Source: Octopus sinensis
Taxonomy: Eukaryota
Assembly: GCF_006345805.1 (NCBI RefSeq)
Contig: NW_021828437.1
Coordinates: forward strand, 1 to 8,321
Length of the DNA stretch: 8,321 bases
Direction: 5' to 3'
Notes under the pieces: model-generated
What the model was told of the DNA's origin: nothing
Database searches by the model: none
What the model saw: only the letters and a program-made list of their open reading frames with translations
Shown here: piece after piece, positions 1-7,176 of the stretch
Numbering within the stretch: the first letter of the stretch is position 1
Layout of the letters: each line of letters opens with the position of its first letter
Position numbers and translations under genes: made by a program

Positions 1-27
1 TATAGATAGATAGATAGATAGTAGATA
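1..27. repeat. (TAGA)n microsatellite, runs off the left edge of the window
   Basis: Seen directly: tatagatagatagatagatagtagata. Confidence 0.9.
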
Positions 28-224
28 GGCGAAGGAGTGGCTATGTGGCAAGTAGCTTGCTAACCAACCACCACATGGTTCCGGGTTCAGTCCCACTGCG
101 CGACACCTTGGGCAAGTGTCTTCTCATAGCCCCGGGGCCAACAATGCCTTGTGAATGGATTTGGTAGACGGAAACTGAAAGAAGCCTGTCGTATATATGT
201 ATATATATTATATATATATTATAT

Positions 225-269
<45 letters not shown>

Positions 270-486
270 TTGTGTGTCTGTGTTTGTCCCACCAACCTTC
301 ACTTGACGCACTGATGTTGGTCTGTTTACGTCCCCGTAACTAGTCGTTCGACAAAGAGACCGATAGAATAAGTACTGGGCTTACAAAGAATAAGTCCCGG
401 GATCGATTTGCTCGACTAAAGGCGATGCTCCAGCATGGCCGCAGTCAAATGACTGAAACAAGTAAAAGAGTAAAGAGTAAAAGAGA
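28..486 (+). mobile_element. tRNA-derived SINE, family A, copy 1 (full length, internal (TA)n/(TG)n tract)
   Basis: Pol III A-box TGGCTATGTGG (38-48), B-box GGTTCAGTCC (84-93), MIR/CORE-like ACCTTGGGCAAGT (105-117), internal (TA)n/(TG)n at ~193-285, 3' tail of AGTAAAAG-like repeats (461-486). Homologous to 1065-1226 and to the reverse complement of 5632-6023. Confidence 0.9.
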
Positions 487-509
487 GATATATAAATAAA
501 TAGATAGAT

Positions 510-592
<83 letters not shown>
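487..592. repeat. Compound microsatellite (TAAA)/(TAGA)/(GAAA)/(TAGA)/(GA)n
   Basis: Seen directly, contiguous with the SINE tail. Confidence 0.95.
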
Positions 593-597
<5 letters not shown>

Positions 598-1064
598 TAC
601 CGATGAGGTTGTGTATTATTATGTACTGTGAAATCATCTATCTGCGTCTGTAAATTAAGCTTCCAATACAAAAGTATTAGGTAAAATTTTTATATGGAAG
701 GCCAGTGATTTTCCATCTCTGCAAGTCTCTTCTCTCTCTTTCACCTATGTTATTTGACGAGGAAAGGCAAGAGCCGATACAGCTTAGCATCAGTGTTCAC
801 AAACTGTGAAATGAACGTCGGATCTGTTTATTACAAAATCGTACATAAATGCATGAACATACATGGAAATGAATGACAAGTAGGGATTCTCTTGGATCGA
901 AACCTTGTGGGTAGATGCACATTATATGGATTGAATATATATAAATTTCTAACGTTAGGTCCAGCAGTGTCACGCAGCCTCACGCTAATTCTGCTTAACA
1001 AATACGTTAAGGTTATTCGTACCTATAATATGGTCATATATATAAAATTAATATGAACAACATA

Positions 1065-1226
1065 GGCGCAGGAGTGGCTGTGTTGTAAGTAGCTTATTTA
1101 CCAACTACATGATTCCGGGTTCAGCCGCACTGCGTGGCATCTTGGGCAAATATATTCTACTATAGCATCGGGCCGACCAAAGCCTTGTGAGTAGATTTGG
1201 CTCACGGAAACTGAGAGAAGCCCGTC
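1065..1226 (+). mobile_element. SINE family A, copy 2 (5' half only)
   Basis: ggcgcaggagtggctgtgttgtaagtagc...gggttcagcc...cttgggcaaa...cggaaactgagagaagcccgtc matches 28-191. The 3' half does not follow the microsatellite. Confidence 0.9.
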
Positions 1227-1253
1227 ATGTATGTATGTATGTATGTATGTATG

Positions 1254-1284
<31 letters not shown>

Positions 1285-1480
1285 TGTATGTTATGTATGT
1301 ATGTATGTATGTATGTATGTATGTATGTATGTATTTATGTATGTATGTATGTATGTATGTATGTGTATGTTATGTAGGTATGTATGTATGTTGTATGTAT
1401 GTATGTATGGTATGTATGTATGTGTAATGTGTTGTGTGTGTGTGTGTGTGTTGTGTTATGTGTGTGTGTGTGTGTATGTA
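1227..1480. repeat. (ATGT)n grading into (TG)n microsatellite
   Basis: Seen directly. It occupies the position of the SINE's internal microsatellite. Confidence 0.95.
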
Positions 1481-1616
1481 TAGTTGTACATTTAACCACA
1501 TAAGATGTATTCATCATAGGATTCCTTTCATGCTAGAAGGAACAGCTAAAGTCCAAACCACTATTAGGAATAAAAACTCGAAGGGAATGAAAAATAAAAA
1601 CATTTACCATCTATCT

Positions 1617-1695
1617 CCTGGACCATGGTTTCAGACATTTTTTTAGCAAATGAAATAATTTGCTAGGCGAAGTCTTCATCAACAGGTACGCCTAG
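1617..1695 (-). ncRNA. Type I hammerhead ribozyme, copy 1 (U3 core variant)
   Basis: Minus strand reads CUAGGCG-UA-CCUG-UUGAUGA-AGAC-[uucgcc UAGCAAAU uauuuc AUUUGCUA aaaaaau]-GUCU-GAAA-C-CAUG-GUC^CAGG. Stem I CCUG/CAGG (1683-1686/1617-1620), core UUGAUGA (1676-1682), stem II AGAC/GUCU, GAAA (1629-1632), minimal palindromic stem III ACCAUGGU, GUC cleavage triplet (1623-1621). Confidence 0.75.
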
Positions 1696-2073
1696 ATTAA
1701 ACATGTACGAGGCAAATCCAGCACGTGCCTCTTGCTTATACATTATAATTTTTCAAATCTACCGCACCAGCGCAGTTTTTCGTCGGCAGCAAAGAAATAC
1801 CGGCATTTCTTCGAGCAATTTTCCAGAAAAAATTATCAATAATTAATAATATCAGGGTAATAAAGGTTTTAGAAAAGTTTAACTACCTGTGGCCTAGCGT
1901 GTAGAAAAATTATAAACTATATATTATTCATATGAATACAGTGTACATTTAAACACATAAGAGGTATCCGTCATAGGATTCCTTTCACGCTAGAAAGAAC
2001 AGCTAAAGTCCAAATCACTATTAGGGATAAAAACTCGAAGGGAATGAAAAATAAAAACATTTACTACCTATCT

Positions 2074-2148
2074 CCTGGACCATGGTTTCAAACTTTCTTT
2101 AGCAAATATACTTTGCTAGGCGAAGTCTTCATCAATATGTACGCCTAG
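2074..2148 (-). ncRNA. Type I hammerhead ribozyme, copy 2 (stem I degenerate)
   Basis: Minus strand reads CUAGGCG-UA-CAUA-UUGAUGA-AGACUU-cgcc-UAGCAAA-guaua-UUUGCUA-aaga-AAGUUU-GAAA-C-CAUG-GUC^CAGG. Core identical to copy 1, stem II has 6 bp with one G-U wobble, and the 5' strand of stem I has two mismatches. Confidence 0.6.
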
Positions 2149-2573
2149 ATTAAACATATAAGTACGAGGCAAATCCAGCAGGTGCCTCTTGCTTACACAT
2201 TATCATTTTTAAAATCCACCGCGCAAGGAAAAATACCAAAAAGAAATTAATGGAAATAAAAATAAAGAAACACCGTACTTAATCTAACATAAACTATCGA
2301 CCCCTCTCGACTTTTAGGAAAGTAAACGAACACTCTAAGATAATAATGTCATAAAATGATAAACATTAACAATTACTTATCCTTTGTGTCTAGTAACATT
2401 TCACTTCAAAGTAAAACGGTGACATATGGTCACTTCCTTAGCACAACAGAAGACCAATATCTGTCATCCTATAGACCTCATTTTGTCTCTATTGTGTTAT
2501 AGTCGCTGGCTTTATTCCAATTGCATTAAGATAGGCTGTTAAACAAACAAAACTTACTTGCACGCTCCCTTAT

Positions 2574-2602
2574 ACACACACACACACACCACACACACAC
2601 AC

Positions 2603-2647
<45 letters not shown>

Positions 2648-2656
2648 ATATATATA
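2574..2656. repeat. (CA)n-(TA)n compound microsatellite
   Basis: Seen directly. Confidence 0.95.
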
Positions 2657-2962
2657 TCACGTCACGTGACCGACCAGGCTATCAGATGTTGCTACACATC
2701 GCTGGTCACAATGCGCTTCGCATTGTGTTTTAGCCTTCAAATGAACGCCACCCCGTTGGCTAAGCGAGCAGGCCAACAGAAGAAAGAGTGAGAGAAGTTG
2801 TGGCGAAAGAGTACAGCACGGATCCCCCCCCCCCACCTGCAGAGCGTCGTGGGCTTTAGGTGTTTTCGCTTAATAAACACTCACAACGCCCGGTCTGGGA
2901 ATCGAAACCGCGATCCTACGACCGCGAGTCCGCTGCCCTAACCACTAGGCCATTGCGCCTCC
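2657..2962 (-). mobile_element. tRNA-derived SINE, family B
   Basis: Minus strand begins GGAGGCGCAATGGCCTAGTGGTTAGGGCAGCGG...GGTTTCGATTCCC, with an A-box at 2942-2952 and a B-box at 2898-2909 in tRNA-like spacing. A GC-rich body, 3' stem-loops and a short CACGTGA/CGTGA tail follow. The body is not homologous to family A. Confidence 0.8.
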
Positions 2963-2979
2963 ACACACACACACACACA

Positions 2980-3022
<43 letters not shown>

Positions 3023-3062
3023 CATTTATTCACACTGTATATACTGTATATATATATATATA
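2963..3062. repeat. (CA)n-(TA)n compound microsatellite
   Basis: Seen directly. It ends in the TA preceding the transposon end. Confidence 0.9.
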
Positions 3063-3931
3063 CAGGGTGCGATGGGTAACTTGTCGCTATTTTATATCTT
3101 TAATTTCACGCATGTGCATTTTTAAAAATATTTTGTCAACTAAACACTTTGGTAGTGTCAGCTGGGCACTGTCTGTGAGAAAAAACAGCATCATGACGCA
3201 ATTCATTCTGCCAGAAATTTAGAAACAGCGTGCTGTACTGCTTGACGTTCTCGCCGGAAGCTCCAGTACGAACAGATGCTGAACACATAAAGCAACCGTT
3301 GGCTTGCCGTGTCACCAAAACATGTACCGAGAGTGATAAAAATCAAACATCCAATCAAAATCATTGTATTTGGGGTGATCGCTATTGATGGAGATGTTAT
3401 GCCTCCATTCATCTTCCCACGTGGCTTCAGACTCAACACGGAGGCCTACATCAAGTGCCTGGATGAGGTAGTGTTGTCCTGGGTCAAGAGAATGGCTGCT
3501 TGAAGATCCCATGTCTGACAACAGGACTCTGCAGTATGTCACACAAGCAGGAGAACAGAGTTATGAATGTCAGACAATTTCTATGACCACATCACCCCTA
3601 ACATTTGACCACCTAACTCCCCAGACTGCAACCCCTTTGATTATTAAGTGTGGTGGATGCAGTTGAGCGAGAGACCAACAAAACTCCTTGTAACACCAAA
3701 GATGAACTGCAAGGATTACGGCAGCATTTACCAACTTAAACAAGAAAACCGCCCAGAAGAGTTGAAGGATATTCGAAGTCGTCTGGAGGCTGTGGTTGAA
3801 GCCAATGGTGATATTATTAAATAAATTTACTCTTTAGTACTTCAAGATATTTTAATGTAATTTTGTTAAATATATCTGTTAAAATGAGATGTCAGTGTTA
3901 TTTTCATTTTTGGGTAATTTAGACGACAATA
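3063..3931 (+). mobile_element. Decayed, internally deleted Tc1/mariner-superfamily transposon, DD37D (maT) type
   Basis: Starts TA|CAGGGTGCGATGGGTAACTTGTCGCTA, a typical ITm end after a TA target. Contains a transposase remnant. TAGACGACAA at ~3920-3929 partly matches the reverse complement of the inner left TIR (TAGCGACAA); the outer right TIR is missing. Confidence 0.8.
3193..3824 (+). pseudogene. DD37D transposase pseudogene
   Basis: Reading through stops: ...IIVFGVIAIDGDVMPPFIF..LRLNTEAY-like..V*QQDSAVCHTSRRT...I*PPNSPDCNPFDY*VW...RSRLEAVVEANGDIIK*. The catalytic D at 3525 and D at 3639 are separated by exactly 37 codons. Multiple stops and frameshifts; most of the DNA-binding domain and the first catalytic D are deleted near ~3270-3290. 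Confidence 0.85.
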
Positions 3932-3945
3932 TTTTAGACAATATA

Positions 3946-4502
3946 CAGGGGTTGGACAAAATAATGGAAACACCTAGCATCATAGCATCATAAATGGGAA
4001 GTATGTATAAAACCGCCAAAAGCTTGTTTATTTTTATGTTTTTTTTAAATTTATTTATTATTAGTGTCTTCTTTTCAGATATCATCAGAAAAGGGTAATG
4101 AAATTTCATTAAAATGACAGACCTATCGGACTTTCAAAGAGGTCAAATTGTTGGTGCTCGTTTGGCAGACACTAGAGTAACGAAAACAGCCGAAATGTTT
4201 GGTGTATCAAGAAGTACTGTCTCGAAAGTAATGACAGCCTTTAAGAAAGAGAGGAAAAACCTCCTCGTCGAAACAAAACTCCGGAAGAAAACCAAAACTT
4301 TCAGATAGGGATCGTCGGGCTCTTACGCGAATTGTTAGAAAGGATCACAAAAGTACAGCTCCCAAAATTACACAAGAGCCTAATGACCACCCCGAGTACC
4401 CAGTTTCCACAAAAACTGTTCGCCGGGAGCTGTACAAACCGGATTTCATGGGAGGGATTGCAACCAGAAAACCACCACTTTAAAGAACAAACGTTGCAAA
4501 CA
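3946..4502 (+). mobile_element. 3'-truncated Tc1-like transposon
   Basis: TA|CAGGGGTTGGACAAAATAATGGAAACACC left end, followed by a transposase N-terminus. No right TIR was found in the window. Confidence 0.8.
4114..4502 (+). pseudogene. Tc1-like transposase N-terminal (paired-like HTH) fragment
   Basis: MTDLSDFQRGQIVGARLADTRVTKTAEMFGVSRSTVSKVM (HTH), then a frameshift to GKTSSSKQNSGRKPKLSDRDRRALTRIVRKD (GRPR-like linker) ...PVSTKTVRRELYK/GFHGR/ATRKPPL*. The DDE domain is absent. Confidence 0.85.
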
Positions 4503-4625
4503 CTCGTTCCCTTGTTTATCCATTCATTTAGAAGTTTGAGCTCATGTTCGAAAAAGAAATGTACTGTTATGGAGTAACTTTATAAGGTTTGTTCTTTCTG
4601 ACCTACTTAGTTCTATATATTGTGA

Positions 4626-5018
4626 CTAGCAGTATCGCCCGGCGTTGCTCGGGTTTGTAAGGGAAATAACTATAAAGCATTTTTAGAGAGCTATAGCCCC
4701 AAAATAGCAAAAAATGCTTTAAAAATGGAAAAAAATTATGGTAAATTTTTTTTTTAAATCGTTGACTCATCGTAGACATTTTTAGAGAATTACTTCCCTT
4801 TATTAAAAAAAATATGCATTAAAATGGAAAAAAATGATGGTAAATTATTTGTAAAATCGTAGACTCATCGTAGACGCGCGCTAATACCCAGAAGGGCTCG
4901 ATATGAATCACGACTATAAGATAACCGGTTTTGGTTAAACTGCATCGCAAAATGTGGGAGTAGTTAGGAATCTAAATCGGAGTAGACAGACACACAACCT
5001 TTCTTTTATATATAAAGA
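4626..5018 (-). mobile_element. Non-autonomous Helitron (393 bp)
   Basis: Minus strand: A|TCTTTATATATAAAAG... CCCGAGCAACGCCGGG (GC hairpin, 4638-4653) CGATACTG CTAG|T. This gives the 5'-TC, subterminal hairpin, 3'-CTAG, insertion between A and T and no TSD that define canonical Helitron ends. Confidence 0.85.
4678..4875. repeat. Imperfect 99-bp tandem duplication inside the Helitron
   Basis: Units 4678-4776 and 4777-4875 both read catttttagaga...aaaatggaaaaaaat.atggtaaatt...aaatcgt.gactcatcgtaga. Confidence 0.85.
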
Positions 5019-5365
5019 TATGTCCATTCATGTATAATAATGCTACTATGGAAGTACACGCAATATTCATTCTATAGAATGTGTCTTGCAGAGACATATA
5101 TGTAAAGTAGGACAACGGTTGTTTCACTTTTGAATAGATAAATGACACGTACAAATTTACACACGTACAAGTTGTTATGAAATTACATAATCTATATAGA
5201 GAGAGCAATAAAATCATACGGATAATGATACTGAAAAACCTTCGGTAATTACATTTATAAGTAAATAATGTTTGATATAATTAAATATCACGGGTTTCTT
5301 CCAAATTTCGAAAGCGTGCTTTAAATTCTTCCCATCCCTCTCTCTGTGGATATGTGGTAGGCATG

Positions 5366-5367
5366 TA

Positions 5368-5408
<41 letters not shown>

Positions 5409-5420
5409 CTGTGTGTATGT
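5366..5420. repeat. (TG)n microsatellite
   Basis: Seen directly. Confidence 0.9.
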
Positions 5421-5480
5421 ACGAACGTATGCATGCTGTCCGTTAAATTTTGTCGGTAAAAATATAAGAAAGAGAAAATA

Positions 5481-5535
5481 AATGAATGAATAGTGAATGA
5501 ATGAATGAAGGAAGGAATAAATGAAAGAATGAATT
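5481..5535. repeat. Degenerate (AATG)n/(GAAG)n tract
   Basis: aatgaatgaatagtgaatgaatgaatgaaggaaggaa... Confidence 0.75.
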
Positions 5536-5631
5536 AATGAAAGGCAATAAGAAAGAAGACAGAAGAGGATTATTTACGGGCCCTACTGTCCTGAAATCCC
5601 TATTCTCGCAGAGAATTTCTTTTGGCTTACC

Positions 5632-6023
5632 CTTTTACTTGTTTCAGTCATTTGACTGCGGCCATGCTGGAGCACCGCCTTTAGTCGAGCAAATCGACCC
5701 CGGGACTTATTCTTTGTAAACCCAGTACTTATTCTATCGGTCTCTTTTTGCCGAACCGTTAAGTGACGGGGACGTAAGCACACCAGCATTGTCAAGCAAT
5801 GCTAGGGGTACAAACACAGACACACAAACACATATATATATATATATACACACATATATACGACAGGCTTCTTTCAGTTTCCGTCTACCATATCCACCCA
5901 CAAGGCATTGGTCGGCCCTGGGCAATAGCAGAAGACACTTGCCCAAGATGCCACGCAGTGGGACTGAACCCGGAGCCATGTGGTTGGTTAGCAAGCTACA
6001 TACCACACAGCCACTCCTGCGCC
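5632..6023 (-). mobile_element. SINE family A, copy 3 (full length, short internal microsatellite)
   Basis: Reverse complement matches 28-470 end to end (ggcgcaggagtggctgtgtggta...gggttcagtccc...gactgaaacaagtaaaag). Internal (TA)/(TG) tract at ~5810-5860. Confidence 0.9.
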
Positions 6024-6180
6024 TATGCAATAACGATTTTTAAAGATTCAAATAATCTGGAGCCCATTGTGCTGGTTGCTTTTAATACAGTTTGTGTTGG
6101 GCAAGTTCTTTTTTCCCAGTAGTTGTTGATCCTGCATTTTTTTAAGTTTGCTCTCAATTCAACTTTTAATCTTTTTCCAG

Positions 6181-6289
6181 GGGCTCAAACACAAGTCCAT
6201 AAGTCCATATTAGAAGATTACTCCTGGTTGACTAGAGTCAGACATTCTGACAGAGTATACTTCCCACACAGTGGATTTGTTGGAGATAG
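6181..6289 (+). CDS. Candidate internal coding exon of an unidentified host gene
   Basis: Acceptor ttttaatctttttccAG| at 6180 with a branch-like ctcaat upstream, donor AG|GTAAAC at 6290. Only one frame is open: xG-G AQTQVHKSILEDYSWLTRVRHSDRVYFPHSGFVGD. Non-repetitive sequence; protein not recognised. Confidence 0.4.
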
Positions 6290-6523
6290 GTAAACAAACT
6301 GCATGTATTGGTACATGTCAGAACATTAGTCAATTTAGAGCCCTCGAGAGGATGCATTAGTCTAGAATAAGATACTACGTGTGGGACTAAATGCTTTAGT
6401 AGGAGAAGACTATGCGATAAATTGTAAGAAGTTTAATTTGTTTAAGGTTTTGTTATATCATAATGTGAGAGTTATAACTAGATAGATTGACAGACGCTAG
6501 GCAGATTGAGAGATATTTTTCTT

Positions 6524-6608
<85 letters not shown>

Positions 6609-6645
6609 TATCCATCCATCCATCTATCTACCTATCTATCTATCT
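6524..6645. repeat. (CTAT)n microsatellite with a (CCAT)n interruption
   Basis: Seen directly. Confidence 0.95.
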
Positions 6646-7078
6646 GAAAAGGAAAGTGAGAGTAGAGAGGCAAGTTTTGTCTAGCAAATGTTTCAAAAAA
6701 AGATGGGTGAATGTAGCAAGGATGGCACTATGAATGACGAAGCCACCTTGAGCATAATCCTATGAACCCAGAAAAAATTTAAAACAGAGAGTTACTTACT
6801 TGCAAATAAATGCGTTAACATGTGACATTATTGACCGAGGTTACCATGGTCTTTCAGTAGGTTTTTCTTTCCACGGATAAACCTCATCTGTTTCCCACTT
6901 TACACTTTACATCATGACATTTCTGTAATACACGATCCCTATTGATCGTTTTTTTTTACGATCCCTTTTGATCGAAAACCTACCCCCCATTTTTTCCTTT
7001 TTTTTCTCTCCAAAAGAAAAGCTCTACTTTGTAATTTGTCCCCTCTGCGTTCAGCCCTGTGTGGCTAATAAAGAAACA
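6645..7078 (+). mobile_element. 5'-truncated LINE 3' end (L1/Tx1-like ORF2 C-terminus plus 3' UTR)
   Basis: Starts abruptly in coding sequence LKRKVRVERQVLSSKCFKKRWVNVARMA, resembling the R-x-E...F-x-x-RW C-terminal motif of Tx1-like ORF2. Probable stop at 6763-6765 after a frameshift, then a pyrimidine-rich 3' UTR and AATAAA at 7067-7072 just before the microsatellite resumes. Confidence 0.65.
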
Positions 7079-7162
<84 letters not shown>

Positions 7163-7176
7163 CTATCTATCTATCT
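7079..7176. repeat. (TCTA)n microsatellite
   Basis: Seen directly. Confidence 0.95.

Larger units (their letters stand above)
1485..2222 (-). mobile_element. Tandem repeat, 457-nt period (~1.6 units), each copy with a hammerhead fold; putative non-LTR retrozyme
   Basis: 1485-1766 and 1942-2222 are ~280-bp direct repeats, about 90% identical by eye (~20 substitutions, 2 small indels). The predicted ribozyme cleavage sites lie 457 nt apart. Substitutions fall at all codon positions, so the repeat is non-coding. Confidence 0.7.

Noticed and set aside
41-1646. ORFs such as YIYIY, SLSLSL, MYVCMYVC and THTHTH (also at 2558-3222, 6487-6684, 6968-7268)
   Set aside because: These are translations of stop-free microsatellites and SINE sequence, not genes.
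1942-2148. 68-codon open frame in repeat copy 2 (CTFKHIRGIRHRIPF...)
   Set aside because: No start codon, differences from copy 1 are mostly non-synonymous, and copy 1 stops earlier.
2550-2562. Strong minus-strand splice donor CAA|GTAAGT
   Set aside because: The sequence upstream on that strand is microsatellite within ~15 nt, with no acceptor or plausible exon.
2890-2962. tRNA-like sequence on the minus strand (similarly 28-100)
   Set aside because: A and B boxes are present, but acceptor and anticodon stems do not pair properly and the sequence continues into a SINE body; not a tRNA gene.
4070-4090. Minus-strand CUGAUGA-UAUCU-GAAA resembling a hammerhead core
   Set aside because: No stem II, stem III or NUH cleavage triplet can form; a chance match in the Tc1 leader.
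5537-6122. ORFs matching those at 41-671 (FQSFDCGHAGA...DPGTYSL, RRHLPK...GTEPG)
   Set aside because: The similarity comes from two copies of the same non-coding SINE in opposite orientations.
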